Below, piece after piece: positions 52,072-61,419 of a DNA stretch of 64,000 nucleotides. The notes beneath the pieces were generated by a model. That model made no database searches, was not told where the DNA came from, and saw nothing but the letters and a program-made list of their open reading frames with translations. This DNA is from an uncultured Atopostipes sp. (lineage in GTDB: Bacteria > Bacillota > Bacilli > Lactobacillales > Carnobacteriaceae_A). The translations under genes and the position numbers were made by a program. The stretch spans positions 49,079 to 113,078 of the forward strand of contig CAUWGX010000002.1 in NCBI GenBank assembly GCA_963558565.1, given 5' to 3'. How positions within the stretch are numbered: position 1 is the first letter of the stretch; every line of letters starts with the position of its first letter.

Positions 52072-52408
52072 ACTTTATGCTCCTTATTTCGTCAATCGTG
52101 AAACAGTAAAATGTTTCACGTATATACTATAACTTTACTAGAAATACGCAGTGAATTCAACGGTATTCAGTGATTATTTTAGAATAATTCGTGGGAATTT
52201 ATTTTGAAAGAAGTTAAGAAATAAAAAGAAAGAAGAATGACTAACGGGGCAAGAAAGTTCACTAACGATGCGCCCTACGGAACGTATAACCGCACACTAA
52301 ACAAATACTTTCGCGCATAAGACCACCTGGTCCAACCAAAAAAAGGCATTTTTCTAGAAGATTCTAGGAAAACACCTTTTTTATTTTGACTAAACATTCC
52401 ACAGCGGG

Positions 52409-53164
52409 TTAGATATCGGCAAAGGTCGCCAGTTCAATGGCTTCATCTTCTCGAATATGCTGGGCAAAAGGCGAATCGATAAGCATCTCAACTTGATGCA
52501 CACGAGGTTCAGAAAAAGAAGAATGTTTCAGCAATTCTTTATCTACATACCCTACATGACACATAATTTCCGTCGATTCGTGTGCTTTAATTCGTTCCAA
52601 TAAACTTTTTAAATACTGTTCTTGTTCAAAAGGCTCTAAAACGCTTACCGTATCAAATGAAGGCTCAAAGTAAGTCGTCGTTTGATAAGCTTGATCCGTT
52701 TCTAAGTTCCCTCGAAGCGGCAAACCATATTTTTGCGCGAGCGCTAAAAGCACCTCTTCGTGATGTTCATTAAATAGATGGGCATTATGGTGACTATCTA
52801 AATGGGTCGGCTGAATACCGGCGGCGAATACTTTTTCAATCTGCGTCTCCCACTCTTTATATAATTCAGCAGAGTCAGCGATCGCAAGACCTGCGCGATA
52901 AGCATCTGGACGATAAAAATGACCCGTTTCATCGACTAATGAAGGCACATCATCTCTTAAGGGCTTTAAGTGTGTCAAAGTAAGATGAACGCCTACACCT
53001 AGTTTAGGGTTCTTTTTCGCCAACTCTACCGCTTGGTCAAAGCCGGGCGTGTTGGTCATCAATGTCGTTGACGTTAAAATTCCTTCTCGATAGGTATCGA
53101 TCACTGCGTGATTAATCGCTCGTCCATAGCCAAAATCATCTGAATTAATAATCAGTTTACTCAT
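52409..53164 (-). CDS. chbG: YdjC/ChbG family carbohydrate deacetylase
   Basis: LIINSDDFG, GVGVHL, THLDSHH, EIMCH. Confidence 0.85.
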   Translation of the reverse strand: MSKLIINSDDFGYGRAINHAVIDTYREGILTSTTLMTNTPGFDQAVELAKKNPKLGVGVHLTLTHLKPLRDDVPSLVDETGHFYRPDAYRAGLAIADSAELYKEWETQIEKVFAAGIQPTHLDSHHNAHLFNEHHEEVLLALAQKYGLPLRGNLETDQAYQTTTYFEPSFDTVSVLEPFEQEQYLKSLLERIKAHESTEIMCHVGYVDKELLKHSSFSEPRVHQVEMLIDSPFAQHIREDEAIELATFADI

Positions 53165-53428
53165 GTCTACCTCCCGTGACTATTTGCATAGTCATTATAA
53201 CACGCTCAATGTTACGTTTCATTGAATTTAGACCTTTTGCACAACAAATTCGTGTAGATGATCCATTCAAGGCTATTTAATAAACGATCTTTTATAAAAT
53301 AAATAGTGCCGTCAAACCCCCTTTTTTTAGCGTCATATCCTATAAGTCTTTGATTTGTAGAGGTCTTAATTATTTGCTATGATAATCTAGTATGTAAAAT
53401 TTTAAAAAAGAAAGAAGAAGGTGATTTT

Positions 53429-54343
53429 TTGGAACAGTTCTTTCAGATGCTCGATTTACAATTAACATTTCTACTGAATTTATTAATTGGTGTTTTTGCT
53501 TACCGGAAAAAAATGATTACAGATGAGAACCGGGGGCAACTCATTAGCATTGTCTTAGGTATTTTACTACCTGCCCTAGTATTTGATTCTTTTAAGACTT
53601 TAACACCTGACTTGTTAAAATCTGGTTTCTGGGTATTGATTGCTTCAACGGTTATTTATACAGCGACTTACTTCATCGGTTTATTTGCCTTTAGAGGGTT
53701 TGCAGAAGGAAAAAGACGAATCCTTCACTATGCCACATTGATCAATAACGTTGGACTCGCTGGACAACCCTTAGCAGCTTCCATGTTCGGAAATGTAGGA
53801 ACCATTTTTTCTTCTATTTATTTAGTTCCTCATCGTATTTTTATGTGGACCGTAGCGATTGCCATTCTTTCTTCTGACGAGGAAAATCGAGGATGGTCTG
53901 CTCTTTCTAAATTGATCCGAAACCCTTCGATCATTGCATTAGTTTTAGGAATTATCCGTGGACTCTTCCAAATTCCGATCCCATCTTTCATCGATCGGTC
54001 CATTGGCCAGTTAGGTTCGATGGTCGCTCCTTTCTCCGCGATTATGATCGGTTCAATTATCGCAACGATCGACTTGAATTCACTTTTCGAAAAAGGGGTT
54101 ATGCGTTATATTTCCATCCGACTACTCGCTATCCCAATCACTGTCCTCGTAATTAGTAAATTAGCCGGTTTAAATGACACATTAATTGGTGTTTTAACCA
54201 TTATGACTTCTATGCCGGCAGGTACAACAACAGCACTTTTAGCGGATAGTTACGACTTAGATGTGGAGCTCTCTTCAAAAGTTGTTTTCGTTTCTACTAT
54301 CTTTGCGATTATGACGATTCCGGTTATGATGTTATTTATCTAA
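53429..54343 (+). CDS. AEC (auxin efflux carrier) family transporter
   Basis: LPALVF, N.GLAGQP, NPSIIA, SMPAG; multi-TM; TTG start. Confidence 0.88.
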   Translation: MEQFFQMLDLQLTFLLNLLIGVFAYRKKMITDENRGQLISIVLGILLPALVFDSFKTLTPDLLKSGFWVLIASTVIYTATYFIGLFAFRGFAEGKRRILHYATLINNVGLAGQPLAASMFGNVGTIFSSIYLVPHRIFMWTVAIAILSSDEENRGWSALSKLIRNPSIIALVLGIIRGLFQIPIPSFIDRSIGQLGSMVAPFSAIMIGSIIATIDLNSLFEKGVMRYISIRLLAIPITVLVISKLAGLNDTLIGVLTIMTSMPAGTTTALLADSYDLDVELSSKVVFVSTIFAIMTIPVMMLFI

Positions 54344-54401
54344 TTTAAACTTCATTAAAAAAAGAGTCTGGATTTCCAGACTCTTTTTTCATTCATTTCA
54401 T

Positions 54402-55001
54402 TTATAGTCGACTGAACCATTCTTTTCCTGCGCGTAAGTTATCGCCATTAATTTCATGAGAGTTTACCCATATTTTTTCGACGTCTGCTCCGCGAGATTC
54501 AAAAATATCAACGACTCGTTCACTTTCTGCTTGCGGCACAATCGGATCATGTGTCCCCATCGATAAGAAAATTTTCGCATCAGATAGATCTTTTTCATGA
54601 TCAATCTCTACCGGATACATTGGGGCATATAACATGGCTTTATTGAATTTAGCTTCTTCTAAAAGCAACATATTGATCCCAATATTTGAACCATTTGAAA
54701 AGCCAAATAGAACAACATCTTCTAACGCAAAGTCGTATTCTTCGGCTTTTTCTTCAATAAAATCATATAATTCTTTTCCGCGTTGTTTTAAATCTTCCAC
54801 GTCATACTTTCCTTCTGCATGGCGTTTGAAATATCGATTCATGCCATTCTCCGAAACATTACCACGGATACTTAAGACCGTAGCATCTGGCGCAATCGCA
54901 TCTGCGACGGGTAATAAATTATTTTCGTCGGCTCCTGTCCCATGGAGTAGAATTAAAACAGGTTCGCCTGCTTTTCCTTGATTGAAAATATATTCGTACA
55001 T
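54402..55001 (-). CDS. Alpha/beta hydrolase (MhqD-like carboxylesterase)
   Basis: LLHGTG, RYFKR, GFSNG nucleophile elbow, D and H of the triad. Confidence 0.88.
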   Translation of the reverse strand: MYEYIFNQGKAGEPVLILLHGTGADENNLLPVADAIAPDATVLSIRGNVSENGMNRYFKRHAEGKYDVEDLKQRGKELYDFIEEKAEEYDFALEDVVLFGFSNGSNIGINMLLLEEAKFNKAMLYAPMYPVEIDHEKDLSDAKIFLSMGTHDPIVPQAESERVVDIFESRGADVEKIWVNSHEINGDNLRAGKEWFSRL

Positions 55002-55016
55002 TTACACCTCTCCTTT

Positions 55017-55625
55017 TTATTCTGGTCTAGCTATCGTAAACATTCGTCCAATTTCTGCATAATCATGTCCAGCTAAACGACTAATCGCCCCTAAACCATC
55101 CGGATCAATGCGGCCTTCATGATATAAGTCATCTTCAATATGGTACTGTTTAATCTTCAATAATAAGAGATCTGCAGCCGGCTCGCCTTCATTTTCAATG
55201 AAAACATGATCATATAATTCCACTTCAAAACGAATCTTTGTTTCCTGCAAACTAGGTGTTTTTACTGTTTTAGAAGGGATTAACGTGAAATTCGTCTCGT
55301 TTAATTCACTTTCCTCCGCCTTTAAGTTTGCCGCAGTCTCATTCGCATCGTCGACATTTTCGTTGTCTACAACATGAATGACCGCTTCTTTATTGGCAAG
55401 TAAATTACGCGTCGTATCTTTCATTTCGCCCTGTTTACGTTGGAGCGCGACCGATACAATCGGTGGGTTCGATGTCACAATATTAAAGTAACTAAAAGGG
55501 GCGATGTTTAACACTTCATCTTCGCCCAGACTTGTAATTAAAGCAATAGGACGCGGTATAATAGACCCAATTAAAAATTTGTAGTTCTCTCTTTCACTAA
55601 TTTCTTTTGGACTAAAATGAACCAT
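55017..55625 (-). CDS. Flavin reductase family protein
   Basis: NYKFLIGSIIPRPIA, NIAPFSYFN, KDT..N, SRLAG. Confidence 0.9.
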   Translation of the reverse strand: MVHFSPKEISERENYKFLIGSIIPRPIALITSLGEDEVLNIAPFSYFNIVTSNPPIVSVALQRKQGEMKDTTRNLLANKEAVIHVVDNENVDDANETAANLKAEESELNETNFTLIPSKTVKTPSLQETKIRFEVELYDHVFIENEGEPAADLLLLKIKQYHIEDDLYHEGRIDPDGLGAISRLAGHDYAEIGRMFTIARPE

Positions 55626-55639
55626 TCAATACCTACTTT

Positions 55640-56614
55640 CTACTTATTCTCTGTATCTCCAGATGTATCAAATGGACGGATAACACTTTCGATATATTCA
55701 CGATTAGGTTCTAAGAATGGTGGTAAATCTAAAGTTGTACCTAATTCTTCATAAGATTCTTGTTCGTCAATAAATCCAGGACCATCTGTCGAAATTTCAA
55801 TTAAAATATGCCCTACACGAGTATATAAAGCCTCAAAATAGAAACGGTCAACGAGCCCTGAATGACCCATTTGTAATTCATTATATTTCTCTTCCCAAGC
55901 TTTAATCGCTTCATGGTCTTCAACACGGAAAGATACATGATGGACGGTGCCGTTTCCTGGTCTTTCAACGTCGGACGTGGTGTCTTTACGTAGAATCACT
56001 TGCCCGCCGTTTCCGCCTTTTCCAACTTCTAAAATCGCTACATCGTCCTCTTTATGCTCTAAACGGAAGTTGAAAATATGTTGTAGCACTTGAATAAAGT
56101 CATCAAAATAACTTACTGTAATTTCAACCGGTCCTAAACCATAAATGGCTTTATCTTCTGGTACCGGACCATTTTTCCAAGGGGTACCTGGTTCTACACC
56201 CTCGTCATTTTCATCCGAGAATAATTGATAACGTTGGCCATCCGCTTCTTCAAAAGGCAGAACTTTACGACCAAAGAGTTCTTGGATTCCTTCATGTTTG
56301 ACTCCAAACTCTTCAAAACGCTCGACATAGTATTCCAGAGCTGCATCGTTTGGCACGCGTAAACCGGTGCGTGAAATAGCATTTGTGCCCGGAACATAAT
56401 TAGGTGTGTTTGGAAAAGCAAAGAACGTTAAATCAGTACCTGGGTTCCCGCGATCATCCGCATAAAATGTATGATACGTATGAATATCATCTTGGTTGAC
56501 TGTTTTCTTCACTAAACGCATACCTAATATTTCAGTGATAAATTTATAGTTTCTAATCACATCATCGGTCATTGCTGTTACGTGGTGAATACCTTTTAAG
56601 GCTGTATTTGCCAT
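55640..56614 (-). CDS. Ring-cleaving dioxygenase (MhqA/E/O-like glyoxalase family)
   Basis: GIHHVTA, KKTVNQDD, HHVSFR, DRFYF, EISTDGPGF; ATG at 56614. Confidence 0.93.
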   Translation of the reverse strand: MANTALKGIHHVTAMTDDVIRNYKFITEILGMRLVKKTVNQDDIHTYHTFYADDRGNPGTDLTFFAFPNTPNYVPGTNAISRTGLRVPNDAALEYYVERFEEFGVKHEGIQELFGRKVLPFEEADGQRYQLFSDENDEGVEPGTPWKNGPVPEDKAIYGLGPVEITVSYFDDFIQVLQHIFNFRLEHKEDDVAILEVGKGGNGGQVILRKDTTSDVERPGNGTVHHVSFRVEDHEAIKAWEEKYNELQMGHSGLVDRFYFEALYTRVGHILIEISTDGPGFIDEQESYEELGTTLDLPPFLEPNREYIESVIRPFDTSGDTENK

Positions 56615-56670
56615 AATTTTCATCCTCTTTCTTTATATTTATTCTTTTCTTCGTTTTCAACATTTAAAGT

Positions 56671-56690
56671 TTATCTCTAATTCGAGATAA
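56671..56690. promoter_or_regulatory. MhqR-type operator
   Basis: Palindrome TTATCTC-TAATTC-GAGATAA directly downstream of a minus-strand TTGACA-N17-TATTAT; resembles the Bacillus MhqR site. Confidence 0.8.
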
Positions 56691-56839
56691 TAATATCATG
56701 GATTAGACGCACTGTCAATATAAGTGTTTTCTTTTTTAAAGTTAGCGTAAAAGTAGCCCTTTAAGTAATGGCTGATGGAGGTATTACTGCTTAATCGATC
56801 AAAAAAGAGCCTGTTTACAAGGCTCTTTTTAAACATCTA

Positions 56840-57439
56840 TTAATATTGGCGGTAAGGAATTTTCCAGTCGTAAAAATAAGATAATAAACGTAAAATAGTG
56901 AAAACAACAAAGACAATGAATAACTGTAACGTTGAACTCACCCATCGCATACCGATAATGATGCCCACTAAAAATATCCACAATCCATAAATATTTTCAC
57001 TCAATAAAACAGGTTTTCTTTGCGACAAGACATCTCGAAATACCCCGCCGCCCGTAGCCGTCAACATCGCCGCTACAACGACTGCACTCACCGGCAGGTC
57101 CAAACTTAACGCAGAGATTGACCCTTGAATCGCAAAAGCGATAATCCCGATCGCATCTAGAATATTCACCCACAATTTTTTACTTCTTAGAATAAATTGC
57201 GGAAAGATGATAATTAAAGTAATAGATATGACCGCAATCATAAAGAGCAGTCCTTGGTTCCATAAATTATAATTTAATTCACCGATAAAAACATGCCTTA
57301 AAGCGCCGCCTCCGAAAGCGGTAATAATCCCAAATAAATAAACCGCAAATAAATCATACTTGTTCTCCATCGCTATTAAGCCACCCTGAATAGCAAAAGA
57401 AATGGTCCCAATAATTGAAAATATTTCCCAAAATTCCAT
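56840..57439 (-). CDS. TRIC/UPF0126 family membrane protein
   Basis: Duplicated GT..FA..G and TA.GGG..RD motifs; ATG at 57439. Confidence 0.9.
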   Translation of the reverse strand: MEFWEIFSIIGTISFAIQGGLIAMENKYDLFAVYLFGIITAFGGGALRHVFIGELNYNLWNQGLLFMIAVISITLIIIFPQFILRSKKLWVNILDAIGIIAFAIQGSISALSLDLPVSAVVVAAMLTATGGGVFRDVLSQRKPVLLSENIYGLWIFLVGIIIGMRWVSSTLQLFIVFVVFTILRLLSYFYDWKIPYRQY

Positions 57440-57551
57440 ATATATACACTCTTTTCTAAAAAATAAATCTCTTACTATCCTTGAGTTCATTTTACTTGTG
57501 CCCTTTTACTGAATAAGTTAAATTATGATCAACATAAAAGGAGTGATCAAT

Positions 57552-57740
57552 ATGAGCAAAAAATTTGATGAGTTGAAGAAGAAACTTGACAATGTAGACA
57601 AAGGCCAAGCAAAAGATCTCCTCCAAACAATCAACCAAGAACATGACAAAGGCAATCTCGATAAAGACGAAAAAGACAGTTTACTCGATAAAGCCAAACA
57701 AAAATTCGGTAATATTGACTTAGGAAACTTCCACCTTTAA
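57552..57740 (+). CDS. Small hydrophilic hypothetical protein (62 aa)
   Basis: Strong AAAGGAG RBS before ATG at 57552; K/D-rich. Confidence 0.7.
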   Translation: MSKKFDELKKKLDNVDKGQAKDLLQTINQEHDKGNLDKDEKDSLLDKAKQKFGNIDLGNFHL

Positions 57741-58011
57741 AGCAAAGTGATGAAACAAAACAGGCGTTGACAAGGAGAACTTGCCGGCGTCTTTTTATTT
57801 TCCAAGAATCCCGCGGCTTGTTGGCCGGTATCTCATAAAAATTAGCTTTTGAATTTCCTAAAAAGAACTCGTTTTGTTTTTTAAATTTCTTATATTCCTC
57901 TCTTACTTTACCAATTTGTAGAGAAAATTGCATTTTTGACCACTCGTTTCACGGTTCCGCCGGTGGAAATAACGTTTAGTCATTCATCTTTGATGGGTTT
58001 TATCGAAGCGC

Positions 58012-58040
58012 TTGCAATAGAACTATTTGTTCGGTATGAT
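58012..58040 (+). promoter_or_regulatory. Sigma-A promoter of the thi operon
   Basis: TTGCAA-N17-TATGAT. Confidence 0.75.
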
Positions 58041-58059
58041 AATTAAAGAATTGAAAAAA

Positions 58060-58215
58060 ACACGGGGAGCCCAAAGAAATGGGATGAGAGGAGCTAAGTG
58101 TTCGACCCACTGAACCTGGCTGTTGGCACAGCGTAGGGATTATATTTTCATCACTGTTAAATGATTGAACAAATAACAGCGGAGATTCCCTATGTTTGGG
58201 CTTCTCCGCTTTTTT
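58060..58215 (+). ncRNA. TPP riboswitch (divergent) with terminator
   Basis: GGGGAGC..TGAGA..ACCC..GAACCTG..GCGTAGGGA upstream of thiMED; terminator agcggaga/tctccgct + T run. Confidence 0.88.
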
Positions 58216-58250
58216 GATGATTACTTAAATGTTTTAAACGAGGAAAGAGA

Positions 58251-58370
58251 CTGAACGCAAATCGAACGAAGGAAATCACTTTGACTGTTTTTAGCAGCGA
58301 TTCGTATTTTCAAAAAAGCAATGTATTAAATCTCTTGGAAGAAAGTGAGTCAACAAATGATGATGAATAA
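58251..58370 (+). pseudogene. Probable internally deleted remnant of the first operon gene (thiW-like)
   Basis: GAGGAAAG RBS, CTG start, N-terminus NANRTKEITLT, stop overlapping the thiM start. Confidence 0.45.
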
Positions 58371-59160
58371 AAAAATATGGTTAGATCTCCAAGCAAAGCA
58401 TCCAATTATTCACAGTATCAGTAATTCCGTAACTGCTAATGATAGCGCAAATCTTTTATTGGCTGTAGGAGCCAGTCCAATTATGGCGGATGAACCACAA
58501 GAAATGACCGACATGACAGAAATTAGCCAAGCGACGGTTTTAAATATTGGCACTCCTAGTGATTCGATCTTTCAAGCTTGTTTATTGGCTGGAAAAGAAG
58601 CAAACCGATTAGAAAAACCGCTAGTCATTGATCCTGTAGGCGTCGGTGCGAGTCAATACCGAAAAAGAAAACTGCTCCATTTACTTGAACAAGTAAAGCC
58701 GACCATTATTTGCGCCAACCTCGGAGAAATTCAAACGCTTATGAATCAAGAAAGCAGTGCGCGGGGCGTAGATAGCGTCGAAGATAACTTGCATCAAGGA
58801 CAACTTGCGGCCGATCAATTAGCCGAAAAATATCGTTGTACAGTATTTCTAACAGGCGCAGAAGATTATATTACAGATGGTCGTCGTGCTTATCTTATCC
58901 AAGGCGGGAGCGCGCAGATGCAGCAAATTACCGGCACCGGTTGTATGCTCTCTGTTCTAACCGGAGCTTTGACTACAGTCACTGACCCTGTGACAGCTGC
59001 TGTCCATGCTTCTTATGCCTGGAAAGTCGTGGCTGAATTTGCAGCTGCTAAAAGCCAAGGGATTGGTCATCTACGCGTTTCTCTTTTTGATTATGCAGAA
59101 CAAATACCTGATTTAACCGATGAAGAACATACGGTACAAGTGAAAGAGGTGAACCGTTAA
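58357..59160 (+). CDS. thiM: Hydroxyethylthiazole kinase
   Basis: N.VTANDSAN.LLAVGASPIM, LNIGT, DPVGVGA, ITGTGC. Confidence 0.95.
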   Translation: MMMNKKIWLDLQAKHPIIHSISNSVTANDSANLLLAVGASPIMADEPQEMTDMTEISQATVLNIGTPSDSIFQACLLAGKEANRLEKPLVIDPVGVGASQYRKRKLLHLLEQVKPTIICANLGEIQTLMNQESSARGVDSVEDNLHQGQLAADQLAEKYRCTVFLTGAEDYITDGRRAYLIQGGSAQMQQITGTGCMLSVLTGALTTVTDPVTAAVHASYAWKVVAEFAAAKSQGIGHLRVSLFDYAEQIPDLTDEEHTVQVKEVNR

Positions 59161-59790
59161 ATGAAACAAGAACAACTCGCTTTGTATGCGATCACTGATC
59201 GCAAATGGCTCGGAGAAAATACGTTAGAGGATCAAGTGGAGTCCGCATTAAAGGGTGGCGCGACTATGATTCAATTACGAGAAAAAGAGTTAAATTCCGA
59301 TGAAGTTTTAAATTTGAGCTTAAAATTAAAAACGATTTGTCAAAAATATAAGGCCCCGCTTATCCTTAACGATTATGTCGACCTTGCAATCCAAGCGGAT
59401 GTAGACGGTGTTCATGTCGGACAAGCGGACACCGAAGCATTAACTGCTCGTGCAAAACTAGCTCCTGATAAAATTCTCGGTGTTTCTTGTGAAACAATTG
59501 AGCAAGCGTTAGAGGCTGAAGCGAACGGCGCAGATTATTTAGGGGTGGGGGCTGTTTTTCCTACAGCGACCAAAAATGATGCCGAAACAATTTCGTTAGC
59601 GACTTTACGAGAGATTGTCGAAGCGGTGAAGATTCCTGTGGTGGCCATTGGCGGCATTGAGTTGGGAAATATTTCCAATCTTAAAAATACTGGTATTTCA
59701 GGTGTTTCGGTCATTAGTGCTATTTTTGCTGCAGAAGATATCGAGGCCACCACTCGTTTATTAAAAGATGAAGTCCAAAAGATTCTATAG
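59161..59790 (+). CDS. thiE: Thiamine phosphate synthase
   Basis: LYAITD, QLREK, LND, DGVHVGQ, PTATK, AIGGI. Confidence 0.97.
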   Translation: MKQEQLALYAITDRKWLGENTLEDQVESALKGGATMIQLREKELNSDEVLNLSLKLKTICQKYKAPLILNDYVDLAIQADVDGVHVGQADTEALTARAKLAPDKILGVSCETIEQALEAEANGADYLGVGAVFPTATKNDAETISLATLREIVEAVKIPVVAIGGIELGNISNLKNTGISGVSVISAIFAAEDIEATTRLLKDEVQKIL

Positions 59791-59807
59791 AATGGAGAGA
59801 AGATAAA

Positions 59808-60614
59808 ATGCAAACAACATTGACAATCGCTGGTAGTGATTCAAGTGGTGGCGCAGGCATTCAAGCCGACTTAAAAACAATGATGGCGAATGGTGTCTAT
59901 GGAATGAGTGCGATTACTGCCTTGACGGCCCAAAACACGTTAGAAGTAACGGATATTATGGAAGTTTCTCCAGAGTTTTTAGCAGAACAACTAGAGGTTG
60001 TTTTTACAGATATTTATCCGGATGCAGTAAAAATTGGGATGGTTTCTTCTCTTCCGCTCATAGAGATGATCGCACACAAGTTAACGAAATATGAGGCTCA
60101 AAATGTTGTAATCGATCCCGTTATGATTGCTACAAGTGGCTCAAAATTGTTAGATGAGGAGGCTATTGAAGGATTAAAAGAGAATTTTTTACCACTGGCT
60201 ACTTTAATCACACCGAATATACCCGAAGCCGAAGTGCTCTCGGGCTTAACGATAGAAACGGAAGAAGACATGATCGCTGCTGCGGAAGCGATTGGCAAAC
60301 ACTATAATTGTGCGGTTCTTTGTAAAGGGGGACACCGTAAACATGATGCCAATGATCTATTATTCCATAACGATCGTATCCATTTCTTTAAAGGCGATCG
60401 TGTAGATAATCCAAATGCTCATGGAACAGGCTGTACTTTATCGAGTGCTATTGCGGCCAATTTAGCGAAAGGTTTTGATTTAACACATGCTATTGAACGC
60501 GCCAAACAATATATTACAGAAGCTTTAGAAGCTGGCCTTGACTTAGGACAGGGAGCAGGTCCTTTAAACCATGGCTTCGACCTCCATTCTAAATATATAG
60601 AAAACGCTCAATAA
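59808..60614 (+). CDS. thiD: HMP/HMP-P kinase
   Basis: TIAGSDSSGGAGIQADLK, TPNIPEA, HGTGCTLS. Confidence 0.97.
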   Translation: MQTTLTIAGSDSSGGAGIQADLKTMMANGVYGMSAITALTAQNTLEVTDIMEVSPEFLAEQLEVVFTDIYPDAVKIGMVSSLPLIEMIAHKLTKYEAQNVVIDPVMIATSGSKLLDEEAIEGLKENFLPLATLITPNIPEAEVLSGLTIETEEDMIAAAEAIGKHYNCAVLCKGGHRKHDANDLLFHNDRIHFFKGDRVDNPNAHGTGCTLSSAIAANLAKGFDLTHAIERAKQYITEALEAGLDLGQGAGPLNHGFDLHSKYIENAQ

Positions 60615-60684
60615 AAAGAAAGTCTGAGTGCCATGAAGTTCTCACCCTTCGCAACACTCAGACTTTTTTCGTTTAATTACCCGT

Positions 60685-61332
60685 CTATTCTTTTAAATCG
60701 CCATAATCTTCTTTCGTAACATCTAAATGGAAGACTTTGCCGCTACGGTCGTATAACACATCCTCAACTTCTGAACGATGATTGGCTACGCGAGCCACCG
60801 CAAAAAAGTAATCAGACAAACGGTTGATAAACATTTGGACAGAGGGGTTGGCTTTAGATTCTTGGCGGTTAGTCTCATAAGTATTGTTTTCTTTACTTTC
60901 CTCTAAATAGTGATTAAAGGCGACAATGGAACGTTCCGCTCGTCGAGTGACTGTTCGACAAACATGAAGCTCGGAAGCTAAACGCGTCCCTCCTGGTAAA
61001 ATGAAAGATTCTAGCGGTTTTGGTTCATCCGCATAGCCATCAATAATATTTTCCAACCATTTTGTTGGCTCAAGATCCATACGGTAAGGATATTTTTGGG
61101 TATTGGATGTCGCTAGATCATTGCCACAATCAAACAGAAACTGTTGAATTTGCTGTAATTCCTCTTTTAATGCCGGCCAAGCTTCCTCTGAACTTGCAGC
61201 TAAGCCTACAAGACTATTTAATTCGTCCACTGTTCCATAAGCTTCCACTCGCACGGAGTCTTTATTCACCGTGTAATTTCCGTTAATTTTTGTTTGACCC
61301 TTGTCTCCAATTCTTGTATAAAGTTGCATCAT
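60685..61332 (-). CDS. ATP:cob(I)alamin adenosyltransferase (PduO-type)
   Basis: LYTRIGDKGQT, YGTVDELNS, FILPGG, RTVTRRAER, NRLSDYFF. Confidence 0.94.
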   Translation of the reverse strand: MMQLYTRIGDKGQTKINGNYTVNKDSVRVEAYGTVDELNSLVGLAASSEEAWPALKEELQQIQQFLFDCGNDLATSNTQKYPYRMDLEPTKWLENIIDGYADEPKPLESFILPGGTRLASELHVCRTVTRRAERSIVAFNHYLEESKENNTYETNRQESKANPSVQMFINRLSDYFFAVARVANHRSEVEDVLYDRSGKVFHLDVTKEDYGDLKE

Positions 61333-61419
61333 AAATTCCTCCGATTTTTCATTTACTCAGTAAAAAACTCCAAACAACTGCTTGAGTTATTTGGAGTTTT
61401 TTCTTTATTCATTTATTGA

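Noticed and set aside
52235-52340. Relatively GC-rich intergenic patch with ACTAACG repeated 21 bp apart
   Set aside because: No recognisable RNA family, stable structure or ORF by eye; too weak to call
53208-53223. Imperfect palindrome AATGTTACGTTTCATT upstream of chbG
   Set aside because: Shorter than a cre site and not parS; cannot be assigned
57944-57960. parS-like CGTTTCACGG
   Set aside because: Only a half-site; the rest does not match
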